Assembly: GCA_020536535.1 (NCBI GenBank)
Contig: JAHLWZ010000076.1
Span: 26,102-90,101, forward strand
Source of the DNA: Pelomyxa schiedti
Taxonomy: Eukaryota; Protista; Evosea
DNA length: 64,000 nt
Direction of reading: 5' to 3'
In this document: positions 36,072 through 49,631 of the stretch, piece by piece
How positions within the stretch are numbered: position 1 is the first letter of the stretch
Layout of the letters: each line of letters starts with the position of its first letter
The notes under the pieces: generated by a model
What the model was told of the DNA's origin: nothing
Databases searched by the model: none
The model's input: only the letters and a program-made list of their open reading frames with translations
Program-made: the position numbers and the translations under genes

Positions 36072-37584
36072 TCATAGGGGATCCCATAGGGGAACTTCAC
36101 GCATGAGATATTCGAGGTCGCAGTGGTACATTCTTATGCCGCAGAGAAGCTGCTCTGGGAGCTGAGCCTCTGATTTGCCCTCGAGCAGAAATGCAAGATC
36201 CACGACTAGTGACTTGACATATTTATTTATGACACCAATTATGGTGGTGCCAACTGATGTTGACCCAACGTCCAGGCATATCTCAAAATACTTGGTGCCG
36301 CGGAAGTACCTTGGTGTGTGTTACAGGGTGTTAGTTTTGCAGTCTTGTATCAGGATAAGAGAAGATGGGGTTAATGATACTTGCAAGCCAGTTTGGTTCC
36401 AACAAGTGCCGGCTTGTTTCCAACGGCTTTCTTGGCCAGCCATGGTCCCACAACCACACTTGGTATCATCTTAAGTGTAACATTTCGAGTTGCATCCGTC
36501 ATATCAGGGGATTCGAACTGCTGTAGGAGCTGTCTCCTAAATATAGAAGTTATAACTGTTTATTGTTACGAAATTGGGACTAACGCTTTATCACTTAGCC
36601 GTGGGGTTTCTGGAAGTGCCGCATATATCAGTAGGTGTAGATACATGCCATCCATCAATACTTGGTGGTTGAAAACCAAAATATGAGGGCAGGCTGGGTT
36701 AGATAGAAGTGTTTGCAGAGGATTGGCTGGGTGACTAGAAATATTATCAATGCGTTTTTTACAGCGCACTAAATCGATAGAGAAAACATTGAGACCCGCA
36801 AAATCGGACGGTGCCTTTTTCTTTGCGGAAAGGTACTTTAGAGTTCTCACCTATTACAAGGTTGTTATTATCTTCCCTATGAGCCAAAAAAAAAAAAAAA
36901 AGGGAAAAACTTTGAACTCTGGTCCCTGCAGAATGGTCCATGTTTGGGGATCACCATCTTTGGACACACCATTAGCCTGAATAAGTTATGTTATCAGGTG
37001 TTGCTGTTTGCTGTGGAGAAGAAGAAGAAGAAGAAAAATAACCTTTCGAAGTAGGGCTCCGCCAGGGAAGTGAGGAACAGGGAAATTTATTGTCATCGGC
37101 GTATCTGCCAAGTCAGTTACAAAATATTTAACATGAGGAGACTGAGGAAGAAGAAGTAAGTGGGGTGTGCTCAAGTAGCATTTCAATGAAGAAAGATATA
37201 TTCTGATCAACATCAACAACAAGTTGAGGCAAACTCACAAGGAATTGTGGGAGCCGACGACGGCGGCGGAGACAAGCTCGAGCCGTCGTCCCCCTTTCTG
37301 CGAGTGCTGCTGCATCGTTTGTGCGGCTTGCCCTTCCCGTCGTCGCTGTCGCTGCTGCTGCTGCTCCCGCTGCCGCTCGCGTTGCCGTCGTCGCTTTCGC
37401 TGGCCGCGGAGTGGCACCGGCCCCGCTGCCGCACCGCCGGCTTGTTGGAGCAGAACGGCGGCGGGGAGCTCGACGGCGAGGTCGTGGGCGTCGTTGGGGC
37501 GCTGTGGTTGGTGGCAGACGACGAGGTGGACGACGAGCTCGTGGTCGTGCACGACGACGTGGTGGTTGTGGCGGTGCTGGACAT
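36072..37584 (-). CDS. EDR2 C-terminal (DUF1336) domain protein with S/T-rich N-terminus (5 introns)
   Basis: Spliced FK|VRTLKYLSAKKKAPS, RNVTLKMIPSVVVGPWLAKKAVGNKPALVGTKLACK|YFRGTKYFEICLDVGS, SLVVDLAFLLEGKSEAQLPEQLLCGIR; these are hallmark EDR2_C motifs. Confidence 0.85.
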
Positions 37585-37830
37585 TGTGGATGGATGTTGT
37601 TGCGTGATGTTTTATAACGTCGGCGTCGATCGGGTGGCGCGTGGGGTGCGTGGCAAAAAGAAGCGATGCGATCCGCAGGCAAGCTTTTGTTGTTGTGGGT
37701 AGTGGTCGTGGGTTTTTCTTCCCACTTTTTTCGCGGTCTTTGTTTGTTTCTTCGTGTGTCTTGCGTAGTTTCGCTTTTCGCTTCCGCGACGACTCAACGC
37801 CGAAAACGGCAGTGGGTCAAAACCAGAACT

Positions 37831-38488
37831 CTACTCCTCATTGTGCACCAGATGTGCAGGTCGTGACAGTTTTGGGCGTTTGGGCTCGGGTGCCGCGGGG
37901 GTGATTTCAGTTTCGTCGGCGTCGGGTCCAGGCCACTGCGTTTCGTCATCATCAAAGCTCGCGGTGGTGCTGTAGCTGGGATTTGGAGTTGCTGCGATTA
38001 TGGGAGGCCTTGTGGAATTTGTGCTCGAGGTTGTTGACTCCTCGGGAGCTTCGGTTTCGTCACCTTCCTGGGAGTCACTGTCGTTGGAATTGCTGCTTGT
38101 AGTTTCTGCAGAACTCTCTTCATGATGTGTGGTTGGAGAAATAGATGACAGGGCTTTGGGTGGCTCGCAATCTCCAATGAAAACAGCGTGAATGAGATCG
38201 GGCTTTGCGCCATGAACCAAAACTCTCGCCTGTGGGTGTGGGTTACCTCTCAATCTCACTCAAAGGAGAAAAAACCTGTTCAGTTGAGATTTGGTTTTTC
38301 TTATGTTTGTAATATTTCCTGCGCATATGCTCGACGTTGAGCTTTCCCTTGCGAAATGCCTATTTGTTCAGTACCACTCAATAAATACATCGCAGGAACA
38401 TGTAAGATCTAACCTCGTCAAAATCCCGCGGGAACTCCATATCCATCACTCCAAAAGCCCCCACAGTATACTTTCGTACACGGCGCAT
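37831..38488 (-). CDS. Small hypothetical protein with acidic S/T-rich tail and NLS-like PKRPK (2 introns)
   Basis: MRRVRKYTVGAFGVMDMEFPRDFDE|AFRKGKLNVEHMRRKYY...EQ|ARVLVHGAKPDLIHAVFIG...PEPKRPKLSRPAHLVHNEE*, with clean phase-0 GT-AG introns. Confidence 0.65.
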
Positions 38489-38641
38489 ATTTTACAGGGT
38501 TAGACAAATGTATGTAATTACCAACTTTTGTTTTAGTAATGACAGCTGTCTGTGAAGACAAAAAAAAGCCTCAGGTGTCAGTCAGACCCCCAAAACCCGG
38601 CTCCATAAAAAAAAAAAAAAATTTATTCTCTCTTCCATCAA

Positions 38642-41600
38642 TTATGATTCATTTTCTTTTGCCATCGCAGCCACCAACTCCTCGTCAAAGAATTTGCTAA
38701 CAGTGACATCCTCACTAAGCCCCTTGCGCCTTCTGGTCTTGACCATGAACTCACGTGCTAGTTCCGTTGGCTGGCTTACAGTCAAAGGCCTCAGCATTAT
38801 ATTTTTGTCAAGAGGATCACCAGGAACTAGGAGAGACTTAATTTTCGGAGTACCACAGTCAACAGTCAAACAAAAAACGCACCAACGGCCCAGTGGTCAA
38901 AGACTGACAAGCAGAAGGCTTGGCCTTGTGTATGTGTCCTAAGGTCTGTTTCAAACCCAAAACTGTCTATCACAGGGACAAAGGCCTTCAAGGTATAAAG
39001 AGGAGTTCCTGGTCGGGGATTCTCAGCCGTTACATAACCTCTGAAATCAATTAATAGCAGTATTTTTTGACGTTGTTCTTTACCTTCTTCTTGACAATAC
39101 AGTCACTACAGCACTTATGCAATCCGCGGGAGCCTGGACCTCCACAAAATAGACAGGCTCCATAAGGCGTGGGGCTGCCATAAGGAAGGCACTGTAGCAA
39201 ACGCGTCTGGCTGTTGGAATGATCTGGATTCACGTTAATAATAAAAAAAAAAGTTCGTATGTTGTTACTTGGACTCCACTGCGCTGAATTTCTTCGGTGG
39301 CCATTTGTGCATCAATCAACTTATACTTGACGTTTCTAATGGCTAAAAGAAAATCGTTGAGCAAAGAGGATTGCAAGTGGGACTTACGTTCTTCACAGAG
39401 GGGGCCTTCTTTTGTAGCCCACTGGAATCCCTGTATAATGAACTTTTTTACTGTAGAGAGCATTCGTTTATCAACCTGAAAGAGTGTTAGATGTGAATTT
39501 TGGTACGGAAGCATTCACTTCAGTGGGGAGGGTGTCATCGATAAGGGCATTGGGACCCTGTGTATCTGGGCCAAATGCCCACAGAGATCGTGCAGCAAGG
39601 AAATCCCAACCATATTTCTTTAGCAGAAAGTCTGCTGTAGTTTTTGGGTCCCATTCTGCACGGATTACCCTAAAACGAAATGAGACCAGGATTAAAGTTA
39701 GGATGTGTACCTGTTTTCAATTTCTTCAGCAAGACCTTTTTCAAGGGGTTCGGCGATCATTGTCAACTTATTCCTGTGTTTATTAGAAAGGAACAGATAC
39801 GTTGAACAAAGGAGAGCAGAGGGGGAAGGAGAAAGAACGCATAAACTGATGTAAAAAATTACAAGTAACAAAAAGAAATAATAAAACACAGCACACTCGA
39901 GGCAGACCTAAAAGAGGGCATCATACTTCTTGTTTGGTGTGCTTCCAAAACATTTAAGGGAAGAAGTTTCAGCCACAGTTTCACAGAATGCAACAACTGG
40001 GTCAGCAACCTTTATTTCAATGTCTGAATAAAGGTGTCGCAAATCACGCAGGATACTATCCAGGTAAATTTCTCCCGTCCCCAATATTGTGTGCTCACCA
40101 GATTCTTCTTTCTAAAGTGTAAAATGTCACCAAACTGGAAATGAATAGGGAGAGTGGGCCTTACCTTGGTAATGCACAGTGGATAACTTTTGTTAATTTT
40201 TCGCAAAGCATCCAACATTTTTGGTAGCTCTGAAGGCCGAAGAGGCTCTACAGCAACTTTCATTACACTCAGAGTATTGAAGTTGAGAGGCTTGAAGATG
40301 TACGGCTGCTCTACTGGTACAGCACTGTATCGAGTCAAAGAAAAAAGAAAAATGAAGGAAGTATACTTGACAATGGTAGCTGTTTTTAATATGGAGCTGT
40401 CCACCCCTCCAATCAGTACCCAGTTTCCAGCTGGAGCAGAAGTTATTCCCACACGGTACCTGCATCATCTGTCACGCATCATGCTGCATTGTTCTTTCTT
40501 GAACTATGGTGTAGATGTGTAGAAAGACTAACCTTGATTGTAGTATCCACAACTTAGTGACGTCTTCTTCTGCCATATCCTCTTCGTCAGTTGGTGTGTA
40601 AGCTTCTCCCAAAACTCTAACATGGTCACCAACTCTTACCGTGCCACTCATGACCCTGCATTCAATCAGTATTGAATGAAGGGAAGAAGATTAGTGCCTT
40701 CCAAAAGCATCAAAGCCTGAACAGTCTGGTTTAGTATAAAGCTTGCAAACGTGTATTAGCAAGGGCCCATTTGGATCACACGTTGTAAGTGCTGTCCCAT
40801 ACTTGGTATTTAGAGGTCCTGTGTACGACTGTTCTACCTGTTGAAGTAAAAAAGGGAGTACAAATTACTGAGAAAAGACCTTTGTTCGAGCAGATTCAAT
40901 TGGCGAAGGGAAGTGCTTAACGACCATATCTACAAACCCTGTAGATCTGCCGAAGAATCTTGTGAGAACCAGTCTAAGAAGAACGTTGGTGTCATAGTGG
41001 TACTCATGCGCTCTCAAACTTATTCCAAGTTCCAGAAGGACTGGCTATAGATAGTTAACTGTGCATCCACTGAAGGGAGTCATACTTCAAGTGTTTCCCT
41101 CTCTTCACCAATGACATGAGAGAAAATTTTGTACAGTGGCTCCAAAACAAATTCAACAAAGGATCTGTTTCCTTTTGGTGGCGGGGTGGTCTTAAACATC
41201 CGGGCATCTGGGTGGTAGTAAATGTCACCCCATAACCTTTTAGCAAGCTCCTCTGCAGTATTGGGCATCCCTGGTTTTAAGGGGAATTGTAAGACACGGT
41301 GCTTGGATATCCAGAAAAATACCGAAAGAAGTTTGGGCCGACTCGGCATCTAGTGAGAGACCCTTGCTCTGAGGCAGGGCGGCTGTGAGAGGTTAACACA
41401 AAAATAGAAGACTATTTTACTTACTGTACTGTTCTGTGTACATCTGAGCAAATGTTTGAAGGGAGAAACAGAACCCAAAAATGGAAGAAGCGAACATGAC
41501 ATTGCCAAGCTCAGGTGATACGCGCACCCGTTCGCCTCCCTGTGCATTCGACTCCACGAGTTGATTGATCTGTAGAGAAGTGTCATATAGAGAAATTTGA

Positions 41601-42924
41601 AAGGTTGGACAAACTTCATCAATTGTGTGTCTAAGTTTATGGTAGGCATCAGCAGGAGGAAGTTTCAACTCTAGAATAATTCGATCGAGCTTATTAATTA
41701 CAACAACAATAGGAAGCCGCTCCAAGAGGGCATGTTTGATCACACGCTCAGTCTGGACCATAACCTTCATAGACCAGTGAGTAAGTGACCAGAACATTAG
41801 TATGATGGAAGTGCTGCAGGTATTGTGGTGTTGGGAGTAGAATCATACACCCTCTACAGCATCAACAAGGACCACAACACCATCACAAAGCCGGAATGAG
41901 GCTGTTACTTCATCACTGAAGTTAACATGCCCAGGTGTATCAAACAGATTCACCAAATAATTTTTGCCTATCTGCGAAAATAGGAAGTCATTATTAAAGA
42001 TAAAGGGATAGGTGTTATACCGAGTTCGGTAACACAAGAGACATAGGTGTAGTTTTAATGCTGACACCTATTTCCTGTTCGTCATCTCGAGTATCAGTGT
42101 AGCGCAACTTTGTTTAAGTCAGCAACCATTGGACAGCGTAAAAATTAGCACTGCATACATTTTTGGATAGTGACCAATTTTTTTCGTGTGTTTGTTGAAC
42201 AAACATGTCCATAAATGAAGTTTTGCCTTTTGTGGAGGAAAAAATAAATGAATTAGGAAAAAAAGATAGCACTAACCGTGATGTAGCTGTCCTGCTATAG
42301 TAACATTTCGAACAAGTTGTGGTGTTGTCATTAGGGAGCAGAGATATTCTTGCAAGTTGTCAAGAGAAAATTCATAAGGGAAAAAACCTACCTGTACTAA
42401 AAGTTGTGGGGGGTAATGTGCGCTCTACAGTTTGAAATTTTTTCTCTTTGACTGGGGCGACAATGGGTGTGGATAAAGGTTGGGCATCTTCCTCTTCCAC
42501 AAGCACTTCTGCTTGTGGATATACTTCTTCTGCTGTAGGAAAGTATTTTTTGTCTTGGTGTAGCACTACGGAGCGTTGTTCGTTGAATTCAACAACGGCA
42601 CTTCCATTGTCAACTGCAAAGAGAATTGGTGTGCAAAGTAAGCACATAGAGCAAGAAAATTACAATACAGTCAATTCACAGATAACCGCATTTATACAAT
42701 AAGTAATAATAATAAAAGTCACCATCCATTCCACGATCAGGCGCTACTGGGCTTGGAGGTTCTCGTTCTCTTTCTTCTGGCGCGTTATCAAACCCCTCCT
42801 CTTCGTCGTCATCATCCAGGTCAGGACCAACGTAATTTCCAAACTCGTCATACATCATTGACAACATCCCACCGGTGCCAACTTCGCCTGGTACGGCCTC
42901 ATCATCGGCTCTATCGAGCGACAT
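38642..42924 (-). CDS. EFTUD2: U5 snRNP 116 kDa GTPase (EFTUD2/Snu114); highly intron-rich
   Basis: [114 protein letters not shown]. Confidence 0.97.
40656..40697 (-). other. Non-canonical GC-AG intron in EFTUD2
   Basis: The conserved AFGR|VMSGT needs removal of gcactaatct...tgaatgcag (42 nt). The unspliced frame hits TAA, and no GT donor gives the conserved peptide. Confidence 0.8.
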
Positions 42925-43368
42925 TGTTTGCTGCAAGTGACACACACTACGGATCTAGATCTAGATGTTGCTGTTGTTTGTCGGCTACTACGATCGACCG
43001 GCGATGTTGCGACTGGCCACCACGAACCAAGATGCGGGCCTTGGTATTATTTTATTTTTAGTAGTAAGATTTCAACTGCGAATCTGCAGAGAAATTTCCA
43101 CGCTCCATTCCAGCTGGGAGCTCCACGCCCCAAGGTGACCACACCGATACTTCCACCGACAGTGTGAGAGCAGGGCAGAGGAAGTCGTTCACATCCCCAT
43201 CAGTAGTTCGCAGAAGGAAGTGATATCAATTCCCGGCGAAGCATTTTTTGCGTTGTTGCTCTGTGGAAAAAACGAGCACTCCATAAAAAAAAAATACAAA
43301 CCCCACAGAGCTAGTCACCGGGTAAGGTCTTTGGAGCTTAGTGACGACAAGAGGGACAAGGGAAGGTG

Positions 43369-46300
43369 ATGAGCATTCACGGTACGTTGCCTGTTGCCTC
43401 GTGGACGGCGCAGCAGGTGGTGGCCTGGGTGTCTTCGCTGGGTCCTCCTTTCAATGTCCACGCTCACAAATTTACCGTATGTAGCTGCGCCTGCTACTTT
43501 ATGTTTTTTGGCCCTGGGTTGCTGGCTAACGCAATCCCTTATTGCAGAGCGTAAGTGGTCAACAGCTGGAGGATCTTAAACATGGAACGTTAATGGCAAA
43601 ACCCTTCTCTTTGACCTTCCCTCAAGCGAGGCAGCTTCTGGATAAGAGAGAAGACGTGAAGAAAAGGATTGCAAATCGTGTGTAGTGTCATTACTTATCA
43701 CCACTTTAATGGTCTTTTTTCCCCAGCGAATATTGGTGCAATACCAGAGGTTTGCTTACTTTTTTTTTTTTTTTTTTTGCTTTCTCAGAAGAGAAAGAAT
43801 TAACTTATAACAGACTGTGAGTCCATCCTCCAAAGACAGGCAACCCGAGGTATTTCAGTCATGTACCTATCATCTTTTGGAGTAACATTTCCAAGACTAC
43901 AATGTGCCCTGAGAAACCTCCCACTCAAATAGAAGTTACCAAAACCCCAACCACACAAGCCTCCCCTCCGTCTCTGTCACAGTCGTCTCCTATTCAACCT
44001 TATGCATCAACGATTTCCACACTCCCACCGCGGTCTGTGTCTGTCGCCCAACTGACATCCCAACCTAGTACCACCTCTTCCAACAAGACAAAGCAACTGG
44101 CTCCTGAAACTAACTTGGCTCAGGAGCCTACAACATCCACCAAACTTGAAACGGCTGTCACACCTGCGAAATCTGAAACACCTATAACACCCACAACACA
44201 AGCAAAATCTGTAACCCCCGCGGCACCTGCAAAGTCTGAAACCCCCACTACACCCACAAAACCTGAAACACCCGCGACACCTGCAAAAACTGAAACACCT
44301 GCAGCACCTGTTAAATCTGATATTCCTGCAAAGCCTGAAACGCTCACTATTCCTGCAAAATTGGAGCCAAAAGCTGAAACACCCACTGCACCTGCAAAAT
44401 CTGAAACACCCACCGCACCTCTAAAATCTGAAACTCCTTCAAAACCTGAAGTGCCCTTGACACCCACAAAGCCTGAAATGCCCTTGACACCTGCGAAATC
44501 TGAGCCAACATCCGTAACGCCTGCAACACATGCAAAATCTGAAATACATGTGGTCCCCACAACACCTACAAAATCTGAAACGCCCACAAAATCTGGAACG
44601 TCTACCTCTCCCACAAAACCCACAACACCTGAAAAATATGAAACACCCACAAAACCCGTAAAACCAGAAACAACCACAACACCTGCAAAACCTAAAACAC
44701 CAGAAACACCAACCAAACCTGAATTACATGTAACACCCACAAAACCTGTAGCACTCTCAGGACCCATTGCACCTGCAGCCTCCGCAACTCTTGAAATCAC
44801 GGGAAATGCTTCAGCTTTACAGCCCCCACCCGTTGCCAACCTGGCGACTTCACAACGTACCCAACATACCCTATGCGAAACTAGTACTCACACTTATCCT
44901 GTAGATACAGCTGATCAAGTCCCCCCAAAGGAATTGACCCAGCAGACAAAACATCTGTCACAAGAAAGCAAAGAGACAACCGCCGAGCAAGTCACCCCAT
45001 CACACACCGCCATTGGGACACCCCCAGAGTCACTTGGTTGTTGCCCTGTCCAAAAGTCTTCCCCCCTAGAACATAAACTTGATGAAGCGACGCCGCCGGT
45101 GCAAAAAATGACGGCAGTTTTGATGGAGCCAAAAATGACTCCATCCTCAGAGCAGGCAACTCCACCTGTGGACAAGGTGACTCCCTCTGTGGAGCATCAG
45201 GTGACACCACATGTAAAGCAGGTGACTCTCCCTTCCCTGGAGAATACGAATCCACTTGTAGAGCAGAAAGTAGCTCGACAACGGGATGAACCTTTGCAAA
45301 AACCAGTGGCTTCACTAGTAAAGGAACCCGTAGTTTCTCCAGCAGACCAGAAAATACCCCACATTGGGCCTGTAACTCCGAAGGAGCAAGAAATCCCACT
45401 CAACGAGCACACAATGAAATTAAACGAGAAAACATTGGACCCCAAATTCACACAACCCTCCAAGCCCCTTCCTGTGGAGCACACTATTCCAGTCGTTGAA
45501 AGCACCATGATTCACCCTGTAATATCAGCATCAAAGATTCCAGAATCACTCCCAGAGCATAATAAACCTCAATTTGCTGTTCACAGCGCACCTGCCGAGA
45601 CCCCTCAAACTCAGTCTACTTTAGTTACTGTGCACACCCCGTCCAAGCCAAAGGATTGCGTAGAAACTTCAAGTCTCTCTGCAACAAAAGCCAAGGCAGG
45701 GATCGAGCGAGAAGTAGCTAGAGAATTAACTTTACCTGACCAACACCCACCCACTGCGTGCGTCGTACCCAGTACATGCACTAAGACAATGATTAATTCC
45801 GTTCACGAGAAAACAACAGAAAAATCATCAACCACAGACACAGCCCCACCACTCGCATCAGTGGCACCTTCACATTCGGAATGTGTAACGAATAACAGTG
45901 CTGAACAATGCAGTGATATCAACGATCCTGTATTCCTTCTGGTCAACTCCCTATTTCAAGGAACAGCTTATGACCATACAAAACAACCGGCTGAGCCTCT
46001 TCTTACCCCTCCTAAACCAAACACAACAGAGCCCCCTTCACTTAACATTGTACCGCCGCAAGAAACTGGAAACAAGACTTCGCCGATGCCAGCTATGATA
46101 TCTGAGGATCATTCTTGCACAACGCCTACCCATACCCAGTCAACAGTTACGCCTCCAGCCAGTGTATATGAGCCCACACCTGAGAGTGATCCAACGTATA
46201 TGTCGTGCTTTGCTTGTCCAGATAGTGACAGCGACAGCGAAGCCGATGAAGATTGGAGGTTTGATGCCGACAGTGATGCTGAAAGCCACAGTGGGAGTGG

Positions 46301-49300
46301 CTCTGACTCCGATAACGACGTGAAGGCCGAGAAGCAGCTTCCTGCTCAAGAGGATGAGCAAAGTCTCGAAGTGAAACCCCAAAATGTAGTTGCTCCTCAG
46401 TTGGATCAACCCATTGAAATCCCTCTGCCTCTTACTGGTTCCAACGGCGAACATACTCCTTCCCAATACCAGTCTCCCAGTCCTCCTCTGGATGGGCAAT
46501 TGCCCCAAACAGATCTGGTCCATGAGCAAGAAAACCAAGGTAATATTAGTGCTTTAATTTTCCCCTGCAAAAAATATTTCCCTTGCAGACAATGATATAC
46601 CACCCCCGAGCTGTCCGCCGGATACGCCCAGTACTTACGCGGAAGCCAGTCTAGTAACGCCTTTACCAAGTACGTCCCCCAGGGAAGAGCTCCCTGCAAC
46701 AAAGGCAGAAACTACCTTGGTCACCACTGAGATTAGCCACGATACTCATACAGTTTCCGCTGAGTCTAACTCTGCCTCAATCACCCCCAAAGTGCTTCCT
46801 CCACCGCTTCCCACAGCACCAAAACCAATGCATAGCCGCCATGCACCTGGGAAACCCCTTCCTGCTGCACCAATAGGTTCAATTATTCTCTTTTTGTCTC
46901 ATAACCAACTCTATTTTGCAGTTAGGCCCCCAACCAGCACAACGGAAAGTATAACCACGAACCCTTCAACATCGCCTGACACAACAAGCGTCATTCTCAC
47001 AAAACCTACTGCAACTGATGTCGCGCCAATACCCGCACCTGAGGCTGCAGCACTACCTGTACATACCACATCTACAGCACCCATAGTACTCACCACCTCC
47101 ACACATGTTCATATTTCCACAAACAAAAGTGATGCCCCAAGAAGAAAGCCTAAGAAGGATGTGTGTACATCCGTTATGAATACTTCTCCAACCTTACATA
47201 GGAATTTGTAATCTCTGGACCGACAACATTCAAACACGCCGGCCATTTGGGCGCCGCAATGGAGTCATGGGGGACGGGTGCCTCTCTTGTATGCATACTC
47301 CTTACGGTCCAACCATTTTAAGTTTCTGTAGCGTGATCAACCAATGCCAGTAGCTCAAACACCTAAATCTGCTGATACACTATTAAAATTTAAGAATATC
47401 TCCAGTATGATCTCTGGTCAGCATCACCCCCTTTTGGTCATTTGTTGTTGCTTACAACTCTTTTTTTTTTTAGAGCCTGTTGGGTCTGTATCCACGAAAC
47501 TTCGTAAAAATCTTGCTCTGTTCCAGAGTGCACAAAATTTGACCATTCCTTGTGAAGCTATTCCTCCTGTTCTTCCCACCAAGTATAAACGTTTAGTTCT
47601 TGCGATTAATAATTGTCTCGAAGGATTATACATGATCATTCTGCCCTAGTATCAGCCATCAAAGCCATGGAGCCCCTACAATGGGGATCCAAGTTTGTGG
47701 ACCACTGGACTAGCACAACCTACCCCAACGAATCTTGGACGGTAATATTTAACCACCCTGCCAATTTTAATGATATTTGCAGGGAGCAGAACCCAACACG
47801 GAAATGTACGGGATTCCAGCCATTGATGTAGCGTGTACCACTCCAAAAGGGGGTGCATTTGCGGTCGAATATGACGCCAGAAGCGTGACTAGCACAAAGC
47901 GGGACGAAATTGAACCTTTTGGATTCTATGAGCCACATAGATATTTTCTGTTTTACAAAGAATTCTTTTTTGGGCAGAGTGCGCCTTCATTCACACATTG
48001 CCATCCTCTTATGCTAATTCCAGAGCATGATATATACTGCTGTATCTCTGAGGGCTCACCCATTATTGTTGCCATACAACATGTAGAGGGGAAAGAGATC
48101 TCTCGACGGGTCATGATTTTTTCCAAAAAGGTACGCCTATGTCTTGGTACTGTATGTAAATGTCTGCAGGGAATGGAACGAGTATTAATTCCCTCCAGTG
48201 AGTCTGCTAGGTTTGTTGGCTCTGACATTCTTCACTTAAAGTAGGCAACCGTTTTTTGTTTCGACAAATTTAATTGTCTTCAAGGGATACCAAGTTGGTT
48301 CGCATCAAGGCCCAAGCTGACTTATCAAAAGATTTACTGAACTTTGAAGAACGCAGCTGTGTTCGTGCATACAAATTTGGCGTTTTGTGGGTGAAGCCGA
48401 ATCAAACAGATGAAAACGATATCTTTAGCAATTGTACTATTACTCTTTCTGAGCTTTTGTCTTATGGAATAAAGTGGAAGCGGATTCCACCCCAAGATAT
48501 CGCGAGTTTCTTGATTTCATTGGAACTAAAGTTGCATTGGAAGGCTGGACACATTACAGGGCTGGGCTGGATGTAAAAAGTATTGTAACTGAACTTTAAG
48601 CAAAATCATTTCACCTTTATCAATAGCGGGTTCAACCGGACAGTTTTCTGTCTACACAACATTGAGAGAATATGAGATCATGTATCACGTAAGCCTTTCT
48701 TTAAAATTTTTATTTTACTTAGAACGGTTTAAAAAGGTCTGCACCTATCTACCTTTCCAGCGTGATGACACTCAGCGCGTCGAAAGAAAACGACACATTG
48801 GAAACGATGTGGTGTGCTGTTGTGAGTGTAGGCTGACTTCTAATTAAACAAATAGGTCACTCTAATATTCAAAGAGCGTGATCCTACAAATCCAAACGAT
48901 CTTTTTACCCCAAAACTTCTAACCTCACATTTCCTTCGTATGTTAAAAATATCTTGGCTTACATCCACTAACAATGCCTTCCTTCATCTAGATGGGTTCT
49001 TTGTTGTCGAACCCGTTGTGGATAGCGCCACAAATCTGACTACCGAGTATAAAATCACCATCGCCAACAAAGCGGGGGTGTCTCCTTATCCCCCATTCAT
49101 GCCGGAGCCCCTTCACTTCCCGAAAAACGAGCAGACCCGTGATTGGCTTCTTCTCAAATGTACCATACTCCCCCTTCCTTTTCGCAACTAACCACTCTCG
49201 CCAATAGTGATCAACTCCGAGCGCACTGCCCTCGTCCAATCCCCCGAGTTCCGAGGAATGATGACCGCACGCAAGGGCTCCCTTATGAATGTCTGCAAGA

Positions 49301-49335
49301 CCTACATGTCCAAGAAAGACACCGCTTCTCTCTAA
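43369..49335 (+). CDS. Rap/Ran-GAP domain protein with N-terminal SAM domain and long P/T/K/E repeat region
   Basis: SAM-like [14 protein letters not shown]...F|..SGQQL; a 2.7-kb low-complexity exon; Rap[37 protein letters not shown]|[11 protein letters not shown] (Asn thumb). Confidence 0.88.
44157..44750 (+). repeat. Imperfect coding tandem repeat of about 27 bp (ACACCTGCAAAATCTGAAACACCC-like) encoding TPxK[SP]ETP units
   Basis: Repeated cctgcaaaa/cccacaaaa...ctgaaacacc units; protein [16 protein letters not shown]. Confidence 0.85.
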
Positions 49336-49631
49336 GCTCGGTCCACCCTAGCGTACAGTTTCCGAGAGGAAGTTCTATTTAAACAAACACTGGAAGCACC
49401 TTTTGGAGGCTTCTATGTTCACCACACTTCAACAATTCGAAATTGATTTGGAACTCAAAAAACATTGTTGAATTGTAAATGAACATCTAGACCCCTGAAG
49501 AAGAAAGAGCTACAAAGAAGGAATTGTTACAGTGGAGGTACAGTATTTATAGGGAATTTCTACGGCTGAGCAGCAATCATTCGAAAATTAACAAACAATA
49601 AAACAACACAGTGAAAATAATTTGGGTGGAA

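Noticed and set aside
44157-44750. Repeat array as a CRISPR or transposon-derived element
   Set aside because: The repeats are degenerate, in frame, lack unique spacers and lie within a long coding exon.
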